From Asterias amurensis (lineage: Eukaryota): a stretch of 64,000 nt of DNA. A model generated the notes under the pieces. That model was not told the origin of the DNA. It did no database searches and saw only the letters and a program-made list of their open reading frames with translations. Positions within the stretch are counted from its first letter, which is position 1, and every line of letters begins with the position of its first letter. A program made the position numbers and the translations under genes. The stretch is taken from positions 7,187,031-7,251,030 of the forward strand of contig NC_092653.1 of NCBI RefSeq assembly GCF_032118995.1, read 5' to 3'. Positions 23,401 through 36,000 of this stretch are shown one piece after another.

Positions 23401-23783
23401 CTATATAAAAACGGGTTATTATTATTATTCAATGTGAATGTTCATTCATGGTTCATTAGTCTAGAAGGTAACTTCAATTTGTAAATTACATGTACATTTT
23501 ATTGTACAAACGACGCATACAGATAACAGAAACCATGGATTGGAGGTACAAGAACAGACACAAGACAATAATCTTTCTTATCAACACATCTTCAAACAAC
23601 AAAGCTCCCCACTTCTCTTGCTCCCTGCCCCTCCCACTTTGTAAAAAAAAACTTCAAAACAAATGCGATAAATGCTAGAATTGAATTCTTGAAATAACTC
23701 ACGTCTATTCCAAATTCAAGTTCAGCATCCATTGTTGTAACACGGACGCTGAAAGTCTTCGGGTTTCTCCGAAGCACCGACAT
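11419..23783 (-). CDS. NF2: NF2 / merlin (moesin-ezrin-radixin-like tumour suppressor), gene span, 15 coding exons, 1770 nt CDS = 589 aa
   Basis: Exon translations align to merlin over the FERM domain ([136 protein letters not shown]), the coiled coil ([30 protein letters not shown]) and the merlin-specific C-terminus (..[10 protein letters not shown], not the ERM ..EFEAM). All splice junctions are phase-consistent and the total CDS is divisible by 3. Confidence 0.9.
11860..12019 (-). CDS. NF2: NF2 exon 14 ([54 protein letters not shown])
   Basis: Acceptor cctgcag|G, donor AGG|gtaagt. Confidence 0.85.
12440..12794. mobile_element. Family-D-variant MITE (TIR aaggtacacgtttggtaattactcaaaa ... 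ttttcaaagaccagtcttctcacttggtgtatcccaac...) in NF2 intron 13
   Basis: Terminal inverted repeats aaggtacacgtttggtaatt / aattaccaaacgtgtacctt. Confidence 0.65.
12950..13095 (-). CDS. NF2: NF2 exon 13 ([48 protein letters not shown]-)
   Basis: Acceptor aaacag|TTC, donor AG|gtatat, ends phase 2. Confidence 0.8.
14287..14389 (-). CDS. NF2: NF2 exon 12 ([36 protein letters not shown])
   Basis: Acceptor ttcttcag|A, donor GAT|gtgagt. Confidence 0.75.
14724..14809 (-). CDS. NF2: NF2 exon 11 ([28 protein letters not shown]-)
   Basis: Acceptor ctatag|ACA, donor AG|gtaaac, ends phase 2. Confidence 0.75.
15049..15334. mobile_element. MITE family A copy (~285 bp) in NF2 intron 10, directly abutting the exon-10 duplicate array
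   Basis: cagggcccaatttcatagcgctgcttaac...gcagtgctatgaaattgggccctgg. Confidence 0.85.
15334..15735. repeat. Tandem array (3 units, period ~134 bp) that duplicates the 3' portion of NF2 exon 10 plus its splice donor and intron start
   Basis: The unit cagtgtctaggcagtgcgataaaggaccaatcattctcaccttgatagc(c/t)tgtaccctgatgcggtttatctcagactcagcttggttagccttctg(c/t)gcaaggagcatcgcttcctc occurs three times. Only the most upstream copy (on the gene strand) continues into the real exon. Confidence 0.85.
15655..15786 (-). CDS. NF2: NF2 exon 10 ([44 protein letters not shown])
   Basis: Acceptor tttacag|ATG, donor AAG|gtgaga. The 3' part of this exon plus its donor is tandemly duplicated twice in the downstream intron. 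Confidence 0.9.
16355..16477 (-). CDS. NF2: NF2 exon 9 ([41 protein letters not shown])
   Basis: Acceptor gatcag|ATT, donor CTG|gtgaga. Confidence 0.85.
16526..16716. mobile_element. Hairpin MITE family F (~190 bp; TIR CAGTTCATACTTCCTGCAAATGCGAATGCGAAGC) in NF2 intron 8
   Basis: Long inverted-repeat arms. Three copies in the window. Confidence 0.8.
17327..17440 (-). CDS. NF2: NF2 exon 8 ([38 protein letters not shown])
   Basis: Acceptor caatcag|ATT, donor CAT|gtaagt. Confidence 0.9.
17802..17876 (-). CDS. NF2: NF2 exon 7 ([25 protein letters not shown])
   Basis: Acceptor ccttgtag|TTC, donor TTG|gtgagt. Confidence 0.85.
17990..18310. mobile_element. SINE family S2 3' portion in NF2 intron 6
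   Basis: ..ggccgtaaagccgatggcccgcgtgttttgcaatgcacgtaaaagaactcagtgcac..agcactatataagaacccaatgattattaatgttatcattatt. Confidence 0.65.
18313..18447 (-). CDS. NF2: NF2 exon 6 ([45 protein letters not shown])
   Basis: Acceptor cctacag|AAC, donor AAG|gtaata. Confidence 0.9.
19061..19136 (-). CDS. NF2: NF2 exon 5 ([26 protein letters not shown]), with a GC donor (AAG|gcaagt)
   Basis: Acceptor cacag|A. The only phase-compatible donor is a GC-AG type, AAG|GCAAGT. Confidence 0.7.
19627..19778 (-). CDS. NF2: NF2 exon 4 ([50 protein letters not shown]-)
   Basis: Acceptor ttttag|TAT, donor AG|gtaaaa, ends phase 2. Confidence 0.85.
20392..20598 (-). CDS. NF2: NF2 exon 3 ([69 protein letters not shown])
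   Basis: Acceptor caatag|GTG, donor AAG|gtgaga. Matches track ORF 20380..20598. Confidence 0.9.
20625..20945. mobile_element. tRNA-derived SINE (family S1) plus an inverted partial duplicate of its tRNA-like module (20700-20810 versus 20815-20890), predicted to form a ~70-bp hairpin. In NF2 intron 2.
   Basis: Body cgatgtgt(g)ttagcac..tactcagtactttcc(t/c)gagtt(t/c)tgtgaaaaaatcacaggcat. tRNA-like GGTTCGAATCCCACC on the minus strand. Confidence 0.75.
21413..21541 (-). CDS. NF2: NF2 exon 2 ([43 protein letters not shown])
   Basis: Acceptor caaag|TGG, donor AAA|gtgagt, phase 0-0, homology. Confidence 0.85.
22495..22760. mobile_element. SINE family S2 (tRNA-like head gtcgtggccgagcggttaagagcacc..gagtgtgggttcgaatcc plus body ..cattgcttcgtccttcggatgggacgtaaagc..gcatgcaaaagaccccagtgcac..)
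   Basis: Read directly. The body is shared with 23085..23420, 32700..33120, 17990..18310 and 29745..30200. Confidence 0.75.
23085..23420. mobile_element. SINE family S2-related copy ending ..gcgctatataaaaacgggttattattattattc, 280 bp upstream of the NF2 start
   Basis: A tRNA-like head, then ..agcgctttgggacgccctccgggtgtgaaaagcgctatataaaa + (att)n tail. Confidence 0.7.
23703..23783 (-). CDS. NF2: NF2 exon 1 ([27 protein letters not shown]), ATG at 23783, donor gtgagt
   Basis: Homology to the merlin N-terminus. GC/CpG-rich promoter-like sequence lies upstream at 23800-24150. Confidence 0.8.
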
Positions 23784-24639
23784 TTTGCCGGTGACCTGCC
23801 GCCGGCTCCCCGCAGCGTTGTGACCGCCTAACTTCCTTGTCTACTCTCGCTGAAATGAACGTGTCGTTCGGTCATCCAGTCAAAACAAAGATGGGTTTAA
23901 ACCAAGGGTATTTATCGATCGAAATACCATAGCTATAGATCACACGTGAAATTCTAAGGAATTGGAAAGTAGGTCGAAATATGAGGTGTACAAACCATCA
24001 TAAAAACAATGTAAATTGTGAGTAATTCCCTAAAAATGTGCGACACATACTGAAGTTATGCGTGGACAATAACGATTGTGTACACAGTTTTTGTATGTGT
24101 GTTCATATAGCAGGCGCGCGCGCGGTGTATGTAGTGTGTACGGTACGTGTACCATCTCGCCCCTGCAAAATTACCATACATAGTCGTCCACATAGCAAAG
24201 TCGCCAATCAATAATGGCCCTTTCAAATGCATGCCTTACAAAGTCGGCCTACCAAAGTCGCCCTTACACTTTAAACTCGCCCACTCCTAGGAGTTGCCCC
24301 AGATAATAGTGTGGGATTTGAAGACATGTTCATAATTGAGTCACCTGTTGGTCTTTGCAATTGGTCTTTCTCTTTAGTTCTAAGTATGGTAGTATTTATC
24401 ATGGATGTCTATTTGATCCCCCCCTTTCACGGTATAGAACAGTTTGATAAAAGTTACACATCATTTCCTGACTTGGTGATGTTTTCACCGTGAAAACATC
24501 TTCAAAAAATGTCACTAACAAAATAAAGATTACTAACAGCAGTACACATGCAGTCTGGGCCAAATTAAATCTGCTGATACACAAAAAAGTTGCTGAACAC
24601 AACAAAAATAGGCTTACCAGAATTACAATGTTTAGACTG

Positions 24640-24866
24640 GTGTTGAGCCAGTTTCATTAAGCATGTAGCCCCAACATTGCTATATAAGCACAAAATAGTA
24701 TTTACAGAAACAAGTTTCCAGCCAAAATGACATTAGTTTAGGATTGTTGTGGCTGGTGCACCACTCGACTTTTTCTTGATGAAATTGGAAATTGGACCAT
24801 GCTCATTTCTGCAAAGCAAAAAATTGTAAAGCAATATTTTCTGCTTAAGTATGAAATTGGGCCCTT
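24640..24866. mobile_element. MITE family A copy, partial
   Basis: ...ttctgcttaagtatgaaattgggcccttg end. The internal module gccaaaatgacattagttt is shared with other copies. Confidence 0.6.
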
Positions 24867-25612
24867 GTGCGTTGATAATGCACTGCAGTAATTGCTTGAG
24901 TGAGTGTCGGCATGCTTGTCTGACAGGCATCAGGCATAAGTGTGGAGTGTTATTGAGAGTAAAATAATTTATTGAGACTGGAAAACTGAGGCAAGCCAAC
25001 TGTTACATTTGTCAATAGGATTTCCTTTATTACTTTATCTACAAAATCACAAAATAAAGACATCTTTCAAGTCATAATAAACATAAGCTTCACACTTCAA
25101 AAGTTTTGAAATAACAAATTTATCAGAAAACATGATTTGCATAATATATAGAAAAAAGATATTTGTTTTATTTCTAAAAAATAAACAGTATATATAAACT
25201 CTCATATGATAGATAGATAGATACAAATGCAAGAACTTTTTTTTTTCAAATAGTGAAAAGTGCCTTGTAATGCTTTTTTGTTTTACTCAGAAATGTTGTT
25301 ATAAATTAATTCATTTTTGATTTCTAAGTAAACTTTTAAAGAACTCTGATTCTGATTGTATCCACTTGTTTTCTGCCGACATCTGCAGTGTACAAACAGC
25401 CATAACCTTGTGAAACACTGGCTGAGTAAACATCTTATGTAATCTTAATCTGCAGAAAAGTCTGTAATAGTATACTGATAGTGTTTCATAGAGACGTGAT
25501 GGTTTGGAAGGAACTCAAACACTGTCTTGGTATATGGAAATTTGCAATAGAAAGAATATTAATTTTGGTTTTACCCATATACACCAATGAGGGAAACAGC
25601 ATTGTGTACTCA

Positions 25613-25800
25613 CTGCCAAAAGCCCAGTTCATACTTCCTGCTAATGCGAATGCGAAGCGAATTTAACATGAATTTGGCGTCACAACTATCCTTTCGCAGC
25701 GATATTCGCAAGCGAGTTGAACAGAGTTGAACTGCTGCGAATATTCGTTGCAATTTTTGTGACGTCAACATTCGCTTCGCATTCGCATGAACTAGGCTTT
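25613..25800. mobile_element. Hairpin MITE family F copy
   Basis: agcccagttcatacttcctgctaatgcgaatgcgaagcgaa...ttcgcttcgcattcgcatgaactaggcttt. Confidence 0.8.
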
Positions 25801-26639
25801 AGTACTTTCCCAAGCTTACTGTGGAGTTCTTCCTCCATGGTCTTACCAAACTAGACCACCAAAGTTGCCTGGTAGGTAGAGGCAGTTCGAATCCTATGTT
25901 TTATTTTTTGCTAAAGACCTCCATGGTCGAGATACCCTGTATGATGCGTGGACAAACTTGACATTTTGGTCTTGTAATAGAGATTATGAAATGTTCCTTA
26001 AATCAGTAAGACTCTCTATATATATACATTATAAACATAAGAAATACAACTTCTTGCAATAGATTGAGACTTTGGAAAAAATACTAAGGGGGAAAACAAA
26101 TCTCCTGAATAGCTTATGCCCAAGTGAAAGCAAAGATGTACAGTAACATACTTGCTAAACATCTGAGATAGAAAGAGAGTTTCTGTTCAAAGCTTTCTAG
26201 ACAAAACAAAATTTCAGTAAACTTACACCAACTTAAACTACACATATTCCTACGATAAAACTACGGTCAAACTTTGACTGGTTTCTGTTATATACAGGCC
26301 GGTGCAGCAAATTTTACAAGAGCTATTGGCGAAGTTGTCTTTTTTTTACGAAGTTGTATATTGATTACTTTGTATTTTGGGTGGTGGGGGGAATTACTGC
26401 ACATGGCTGTTCTTCCAGAATTGCCTCACATTCTACACATTTTTTTTATCAAAATATAACAAAATTGCCCAATAATAAGATTCATCATAAGACTATATTG
26501 CAACCAGTAACGGTTTGTCAAATTGACTATACATGTAACTATCAGTATTCTGAAAGATCTTTTGTAACTGGAAATAATTGCTATTTGTTATTAGCAATAA
26601 CAACTATTGACTGATAAAGTCAGCAATCTCATTACGAAT

Positions 26640-26870
26640 GCCAGATTTCTGGTAACTCAGCTGTCATCATTTTATGTGAGTTACTGTGTATGGAGTTGTC
26701 CTACTGATGCAGGGCTGTTTACACAGTAAGTAAATGCAAGGTGCATATCCCCTCTCTCAACATGGCTGACTCGTTGGAAAGATTTCTAGTAACTGTCATC
26801 ATTTTATGTGAGTTACTGTATGGAGTTTCCCTACTGATCAAGGGTTGCATCCCCTTTTCTCAGCAAGGCT
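26640..26870. repeat. Tandem duplication (~120-bp unit, 2 copies) in the MVP 3' flank
   Basis: ttctggtaactcagctgtcatcattttatgtgagttactgtgtatggagttgtcctactgatgcagggctg versus tttctagtaactgtcatcattttatgtgagttactgtatggagtttccctactgatcaagggttg. Confidence 0.7.
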
Positions 26871-26943
26871 TGCTGAGACTTAAGGTGCTAACCCGTGCGA
26901 AAAAATCTGGCCCCTAGGTTCAACGCTTCTCCTCGGTCGTTCT

Positions 26944-27063
26944 TTATTCCTGGGATGGAGCGATCCCACCCAGCAGACCCTGGGCAGTATTGAACAGGTT
27001 GATGGGGGAGTGGCCATCTGTGATCAGGGTAGACTTCAATCCAAGACCCTGCAGGAGTTTCAC
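26944..27063 (-). CDS. MVP: MVP exon 14, terminal ([39 protein letters not shown])
   Basis: Acceptor tccatag|GTG, TAA stop at 26944-26946. Confidence 0.9.
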   Translation of the reverse strand: MKLLQGLGLKSTLITDGHSPINLFNTAQGLLGGIAPSQE

Positions 27064-30000
27064 CTATGGAGAAAGAAATGGAACATCAAATTATTATTCA
27101 AATAATCTTGGAAGATATATTCATATTTAATTTCAAACTTAAAGTTTTGAAACTACCAGATGAAAAAAAAGGTGCAAGTTTAATTTTTTTTTGATAGAAT
27201 GTATTAAGCTTTTGGTATTTTTCCAAGCCTTGGCTCAGGCCATTCACTTTTTGTGCTTAAGCAGCTTTTCAAAATTGGACCCCAGGCCCGATTGTATAGA
27301 GCTGCTTAAGCACAGAAAGTGGCCAAGCACCACATACCATGCTTACCGAAATAAGATTACCAACAAAAATACCATGTTATAAGAACTATTTCTGAATTAG
27401 TATGCTGCTAATTTTTGCTAAGAATAAATATGTATAACCAAATTATCTGCTTATAAGCAACTCCACATTGGGCCCGGGGTCAATTTCATAGAGCTGCTTA
27501 AGCTCAAAAAGCAGATTAGCACAGCAACATTATGCTTACCAAAATAAGGTTGCCAGTCAAAATACCATATTCCATGTACAACTATGCCCGATATCCTGCC
27601 CATTTCTGCTAAGCACAAAATTGTTGAGCAACATTTACTGCTTAAGCAGTGCTATGAAATTGGGCCCTGATCTTTTAAGTGCGAGTGTAGAAATAATGTC
27701 CGCAGAAACCTACCTGCATCTCTGGGCCTGACACAGCGATGGCCTTGATGGTATCCGAGCCGATGGACTCAACCATCTTGTTGAACTTGGAGGTTTCGAT
27801 CTCGGACATCTGCCCAGCCTTGTTCACCTCCATCTCGTTCTGTTCAGTGATGTACTTCAGCTCAGCCTCCCGGGCGTTGGTGAGACGGTCCAGCTCAGAT
27901 TCCTGGATGAGAAGGAAGATGTGTAGTGAGGAAATTTAAACAAGGGCCATTGATAAAATTTGATTAACTTCAAATATTTGAAACTATGGGAGACTTTGGA
28001 CCGCTAAGTGACAGCAGACTTATCAGGTATAAATGTCCATTGTTCTGAGCATGCGTACATAACCGAGAACAATGGATTTACCATTAGACTGCTGCCACCT
28101 TGCGATCCGAAACTTCCCATATGGATGTCAACTTTGTGATGAACAGAATGTTTTTACACAGTGATTTATATATTTTTCTCTCTATGCTGTTTACCAGTTT
28201 ACATATTAGTTTTTTATTACAATCTTGTTTACCCTGTGGTGTTTTTTTCCTTTTACCCTGTCTCGCTTTACTTTTAACCCCTTTTAATACATTTTTTTGT
28301 TTCTTTTTTCAAGAAAAGATTTCAGGCACAGAAGTTCAATCAGGGAAATTTAAGAACTTGAGGTGAATATAAAAAAAAGTTTAAAGTTTTTATGTAAATC
28401 ATCATTTTGTATGATACCCGGACATAAAATATGTAAAATTGAAATATATGTTGTTAAATTGACAAATCAGGAAACAACTCACAGCTTCAATCTTTGCAGC
28501 CTCAGCCTTCAGCTTGGCCTGCTCGACGGCAGCTTCTCCCTCGATGCGTGCAGCCTCGGCACGGCTCTGGGCTTCGGCTTTAGCTTGACCGGTACTCTCT
28601 ACGGCTGCGCTGTTGGCCTGGAGGAGGAGCAGCTCCTTACGAGCCTTCTCGGCCTCCGCCTCGTCCATGATCTTCTGGCGCTCCAGACGACCCTTGGCCT
28701 CCTGCTCAAGACGCTCGGCCTCATGTCTGTCATGAACAACATTAACGAATATGTCAAATTGGATTTCTGCTTGGTGTCATCAATGTCATTTTCTGTTTGT
28801 AATGTTAGTTTTTAATGGACCACTGTCAAAGCCTTCTTTGCAACCTGATTGCAAATACTCGGTACACACGTGTTAGGCGTGGAATGAGGTGCATGCTGGT
28901 CTAGCTAGCGATCAAGTTAGCTAGACCAGCATGCACCTCATTCAACATTTAACGCTTACGCAATGGGTATTTGCGAAAAGGTTGATGGTTTAAAATCAAT
29001 TTTATGCTCAAGTGATCGGCTAACTTTTCCTTTATTAAACCACTTTGCTTTAAGGAAACTTTGTCCCCCCATATTTACCTGGCCGTAGCTTCCTGCGAGT
29101 TGGTCGTAATCTCAATAGCCAGCTGAACAGACTTCTGAAGCGCATCTCGTGTACGCTGGTCGACTGGCTCCACTGACTGGATGTCAATGCTGGTGATGAC
29201 CATGTTGTTCTGGGGGAAGTGGAACCGATCCCGTATCTTCAGGTTCTCGTCCATTCCGAAGACGGAGGCACGGATGATTTTTGCAGAGTTCTGTGGAAGA
29301 ATTAAGGGGGAAAATAATCGTACTTTGTTTAAATACAACACAATTTACAATAACGAAATGCCTGGGGGCCAATTTTTATAAAGCAGCTTAAGCAAGAAGT
29401 TATTGCTTTACAATTGTCTGCTATTAAGCAGAAATTATCAGGTTACCAGTCACACATTGCAGATTCTGACATGGTAGTCTGACTGGTGACCTTGTTCTTG
29501 TAAGCATAACTTTGTTGTGCATCTAGGCAGCTCTAAAAAAAATGACCCTGGTAAATGCGACAATATCGTTTCTGTAATCTTTCTCAGCTCCCTGAGGAGT
29601 ATAAGCCTTGCATTCCTAAGGTTTTTTTAAACAAAATATCAACCTCTATCCGTGCAGGTACCTATTTATACTCCTGGTTGAAGAGAAGCAACTACAGTAA
29701 AGCGTTTTGCTCAAAAACAAAAGTGTCACTTGGGCATTAGACAAGACACTACTAACCCATTATTGCTACATCCTTTGGGATTTGATGTAAAGCCATTTGA
29801 CCTGTGTGCGTGCTGAGTAAAACACATCAAAGTACCCAGTTCACATGTTGTTAAGAAAAGGTGTTTACCCTGGTGTTTCTGGCTTACTTGGTTGTGTTAA
29901 ATTTGTGCCAAGCACCTTGTAAAGATGCCAAATATATGGGTCTTATAATAAACATAACAGAGATGCCCTGCCAGGCCAGGAATTTCATCTGTGAGAGGGC

Positions 30001-33000
30001 AAAGCCATTTTGATTTTGCAAAGGGCACATCCATCGGAAAATGTTTAAGTCAAGAATTTTTTTTGAAGGGGCACCATGGCCAAGACCTGGACAACTGTGG
30101 GCCATGGCCTAGCTCTGTGGCCTCTGTGAGATTCGAGGCCTGCCCTGTGGTGCCAAAAGCGCTTTATACCAACTGCATATGATTATTATTATTATTTCCT
30201 CTCTTACCTTATGGAAATCATCAAAGGCAACTCCAGCCACAGCCCCTCTGATGCGGGAGGCGATTGCCTTGCAGGCATCACCGATGAAGTCAGGCACACT
30301 GAAGAGTTTAGCAGCATCTTCCGGAGAGCTTTCCTTCTTAACATCAAGATGCCTGGAACACAAGAAAATATTTGAGGGCTGTTTATGATGGCAGTCGTTT
30401 TTTTCAAAATGCAATGAAATTTGTTTTAAATGAATGCCTAGAATTCAACCCACTTGTTTTTGTTTTTGATGCACCAGCATGAAAATGATTTGCATTTGAC
30501 ATGGACAACTGACTATTTTCTGGAAGGTTATGAAAGTAAACTTTATTTTTCCTTTTTATATCATTGTAATTGCGATGACTTTAGTAAAACGCAAAAACAG
30601 TGGCTTGGGACCTCCCTCATCGCATGTGTGAAAGCGATGATGAAGTGAAACCTGCCCCTGGTCTACTCATCTTGTAAAATACTTTTAACTGAACACTCCA
30701 TCAAGCTCAAGTATACCATGCAATTAGAAAGTTCAAAAATAAGAACTTTCAGAACAGAATATGAAAAAAACCTACCAGTTGTATGACAGCTGAAGTTGAA
30801 GGCGGGCGTGGTCAGATGTCTCGATAGTGATGATATCGGTGCAGAAATCAGGGCCGAGGAGAAGGCACAGTGACCTGATCATGTTGGGGCGCTTCGGCTT
30901 CCCTCCGGACAGACTCAACTGGGTGAACTGCTCATCGGGGCCGAGCATGACTAACTCGGGACCAAACACAACCCTGAAAAGAGCCAAGGAACGAGAAACA
31001 TTACTAGTCTATGGTAAAAGTGAGCAAAACAATTAGATCTGTATGTGGGGGTGTTTAAACAGTTGATAATGACCAGCTGGAGTTGTTTATAACAGGTTGC
31101 TATCATACACGTTTGTGCGGGTTAGCCCACAACCTTGTTTCTATGGGTGATCAATCTCGCCGTGCTATTTTAGCCCATGATTACGAGGATGCATACTGCG
31201 CGCACAAATGCATATCTGAAAAGTGTTTCAGTCATAAAAATGCAACACATGAACAGAGCTCAAGGACGTCGGAAAACGGGTAAGCTTTACAGAGTTTCTT
31301 ACTTCATAACGCCGTTAAATCAAAAGCGCATTCATGAATGGGAATAAAAGAGTAGTGACTCGTTCTTAAACTGCCATTTAAAACCTTGTGATATCACACG
31401 GCCATGACCATACCGGTTTCAAACGGCAGTCACTACCCTTTTATTTCCTTAATTTTGCTTTTGAAAAAAAAAAATCCCCCTACCTTGCTTTCTTCTCCTT
31501 GTAGTCATAGATCTGCATGGCAGCGTTGTGAGGCACACGGAATGTAACAACCCTAGTCTTCTCTCTCCGTTTTTCACGTTTATCACCATTTGGCACCTCG
31601 TATGCACGGTCCGCCAAAGGGTCCTTCCTGTTCATCAGGAGTTCCTCCACAGCGGGGGGAAGCTCCTTTTGCCAGAGCTCCTCATCTTGGTTCAGCATGT
31701 AGGTCTCACCTGTGATGGCTCGCACCTTTTGGGAGAGAAAAAATTTTGTCATAAAAGAGATTAACTGATGTCCCAAATAAACGGTAAGCAGAAATTTGCT
31801 AAGCAGTTGTTTTAAGTTTGAATAAATAATTTTCTACATGGAAAAAAAAAATAAAGAATAAAAATAGCTGTATTTTCTGCTTAAAAGCTCTATGAAATTG
31901 GACCCCCGTAGAAAAAAAAAATGATTTCTTACCTTACCCGTCTTGGTATCTCGGACATAGATACCTTCATTCTCATCCAGCGGGATGGCACACCTCTGGG
32001 CAATCACCTCCACCTCTACTGGGGGGACGTACTCCTTGGGCCCACGGATCATCCACTTGTCACCTGGCTTACGGTTGGTATCCTGTTGTACGCAAACAAA
32101 CAATGCTAAGAGTTTATCCTAAGAAGGACTTTACAAAAGGGTGGCGCATCTTCTAGAATAAGGGTCATTTTGTGTCAAATCACCCGATGGGTTAAACCCT
32201 ACCCTCTTCAAATTTACTCAAATTTGGTTTATGGGGTAATCGTGGCTCAACAAGCTCAAATTTCAAATGCAAAATTTTTCTGCTTGAAAAAAAAAACAAA
32301 TGAACTGAAACACCATGGGTTTTTTTCAAAACCAGAGAAAAATATGAATTGAAATGTCATTATGTTTTCTTCAACTTACTGCATCTGTGTCCTTGAAGGC
32401 CTCTTGGGAGCGAAGCATAAGACCCTCATCCTCTCCCAAGACGTACACATCCTGAATTCCCTTCTCAAGATGCTCCCCTGGACGCAGGAAGAAAGACTTC
32501 TCACCCTGTAGTTAAGAGGGGAGAGAGGTGGGAATCGTCCATTATAAGATAAGACTTAAACGCACTGGACACTATTGGTAATTACTCAAAATAATTGTTA
32601 GCATACAAACTTACTCGGTAAAGAGGTATGGAGAGCTGTTGATAGTATAAAACATCGCCAGAATTGGATCCCTGTGAAGTTTTTTGTACGTAGCTCTACT
32701 GTTGGTTGTCCCCCCTTTTTGGAAAATATCTTCAGTGGCGTGTCATCAGGGCCGAGCGAATAAGAGCACCGTACACAAAGCTCAGGTTTTCTGTTCAGCA
32801 GAGTGTGGGTTCGAGAGTCGTGACATTTATAAGCCCGCCCTTGAACCATTATTGCTGCGTCCTTTGAGTGGGACGTAAAGCCGTTGGTTCCACGTGTTGT
32901 GTAATGCACGTAAAAGTACCCAGTGCACTTATCAGAAAGAGAAGGTGTTCCTGGTCTGATCGGCTGCATAATGCACCACAGCAAACACCATTACATGATG

Positions 33001-36000
33001 CTACAAAGGAATAGGTCTCATACTTCAATACGTAGCTCCACATACTTTGCAGGAAATAATACTGAGTGGTTTGATACGCCCCTGCTAAAGCGCTATATAA
33101 AAGTAGTATTATTATCGATAGTACCTTGACCATTTTCTTTTGTCCAAGCTGTGGTTTTCCGTCAGCTCCGACAGGATCCAGGATCACACAATACTGTCTG
33201 TTGGTCAATGTAGTGATGGCAACAACACCAACAACCTGCAAATCAGACACAGGGATTTAATCAAATGCTTAAAACATGGATAAGGTTTGTCGAAAGTGAA
33301 CATTCCTTAAAATACACTGTTGGCCTGGGTTCAGGAAAATTTAAAGACCTAAGGAAGTTAAAAAAATTCCTGAATTCCGAAAATCACATGCCTATTTAAA
33401 AAGGCCAACACCTAACTGTTTTTTAGCATCTATACCATAGGTGCTTTTGGTTGGTTAACAGTTTGCCATTGCTGGCTGAGTCTATTTTCTTAAGTTATCA
33501 AGTGATCAAACAAGGACATGTTTTTATTTTAATTCAAATTTCTTTTTTAACAAATAATTGTATTAAAGTAAACTCCATTAAGTTAAAATCTAAAAATGAT
33601 TCTTTCTCAGAAAATCAAATTTCCCAAATATATTTTTCAAAACTCAAACAAAGAGAAATACCACAGAAACAGGTGGATTTCTTTTCACAACAAAAACATT
33701 CCATATGATTGTTGTTTTATATTGTCTGTATTTTTGTGGCTGTTTTTTATGTCTGGGAAATACTTTTTCATGATTCATGATGAATAAATAAATCTAATCT
33801 AATCTTATTCCAATGATTGACAATGACAATTTCTCTTTTTACCTCTTCATAAACCTGTGGAATATGTGCCTCTGTGTCGTTCATTGTGATCAGCCATTCC
33901 TCACCGTTCTTCCTGACCACACCCTGCTCATCCTTAAAGGTGCGAGTGGCTCTGACGTGGAGTGCTTTCTGTTGACAAAGTCACATTGAAAAAAAAAAAA
34001 ATGATTTCAACAATCCACACAAAAGAGCAACTTTCATTATTCTACTCAAACTTTCGGCAAGAATATTCAAAAACAAGCAAAAGTGTTTGGTAAAGACATT
34101 TTTAAGTTTCGTTAAAAAGTGTCATTAGCATTGGCTTTGTAATTTGAACTGATGTGAAGTGGTTTGGGACTTCAGCAATAAACTAGCCAGCCTGAACAGC
34201 CGGACAGAATTCTGATTGGTCGTCATTTATTATAACTGGCATTTGGCCAGCAGACCACCGTTAGAGGAGAACAAACACTAGACAAGGGAAACTAGACTTT
34301 TGTCCAATCATTACACCCAGCCAAGAAGTGGTCCATTCTTTCTATCAAAATTGAGTACTCTTGAGTTAAAATATATTACTACACCGCATATATATTCATG
34401 ACCGAGAGTCGAGTTCTCACTGGTCCATTCCTCATCATGTGCCAGTTGCTATCTTGACTACTTACCAAACATGCACATGAGTATTCACCCACATGGTAAA
34501 TGTGCATCACAAGTAGCCCAGCCTTCACCTCGGGAACTAGTTTGTCATCTTCCAATACCTCGGGGAGCTAATATCGACTATTCACCCTCAAACCTTGTTA
34601 TATTTGTTTAATAGTGCTCACCTTGTCTGTGAGTACATAAGCATTGACCACGCCCACAACTTCCTCATACGCTCCGGGGAGGTAAGCGCCGACCTTCTTG
34701 ACGAGCCACTCCTCACCCGTCACCCTCTCCTCGTCCTCTCGATCCACAGTCTCCTTCCTGGCCCGGAGCTTGATGGCCTGGTTGGCCTTGATGATTGTTG
34801 CGCGGCAGGTTTCGTCCACGACAACTTCCTTACGGGGAATGTAAGTTCCGGGTCCTTCAAAGAGCCACTCGTCCCCGGCCACTCGCTTCTCCCCCTCGTC
34901 GTCTTCAAAGTCAAGGATTGAGCGGAGGCGGAGGGCCGAATTGGCAGGCACAACTTTCAGTGGGGACACGGCCTGTTGAAAGAGAAATGTATACATAAGC
35001 CATTTTGAGATATGGTGGACACATTACTATAACACTGTTAGGTTTTCTTCTTAACAAAAGTAAGCAGGATACTAGTCAATATTTTGGCTTGTATCAATAT
35101 TTTGGTAAGCTTAATTTTGTTGTGCTTGGTAGTTCTCATCCATTTCAATCATTTCACGTCACCAATTACGCAATCCACCGCCTGACATATTTTGGGGGGC
35201 TTGACCAACAAGGACTTTGGGCCATCAGGAGTCTTTGAATAGGGAATTTGGATTCAAGTCACAGGACATCCATCAGTGTGATGTGATTTATGGAAATGTT
35301 AAGCCTGAGTCTTTGAAGATTTTGCCGAACAATCCGGGAGGTATGTAGAATTACATTCAACATAATACGACAAATTTTTCACAAATTAGGGAGATTTTCA
35401 AATTCATTCATCAGAACATGGCCAGATTGATTGATTCATTTTCAGGGAACTTTCTGCAGAATCAGGGAGAGTTGGCAGCTCTTGTGATAGCAACTAATGC
35501 ATGAGCTCTACCCTGGTGTCTATAGACCCCTTGCAATACGCGCAGCGTACTCACATGTGCCTATCCTGAGTGTCATTTTGGGTGTCAAATCGTATACAAA
35601 CATGCACAAAAGAGAGTTGACGCCCAAAGTTAAGCGCACTGTCGGAGGCGCGTTCTGTATTGTGTAAGAAATCAATAGCTCCCTCTTGCATAACGCGAAT
35701 TGCTACAGGTACGCTGAGGTCACGCGCACGCTTTTATGCACAGAGAACAGCTATTTCCCAATGATCTGCCTCCTTTTTGAGAACGTAGCATCATATGCAA
35801 TGGGTCTATCCTTCAAGCTTCAAATCAGAGGAACTCTGCCACAATTCTCACCTGTTTGAGCATTTCTCCAGGGTAGAGAGGAAACGGGTCCTGAGTAAGG
35901 CGAATCTCTTGATCGGCATGGCTAAGTTTGATCTGTCCGCTCTTATCAACGATCACGGTGCCATCCTCTTTGCGCTGAACGGGGTTCTCAATGATGGCGT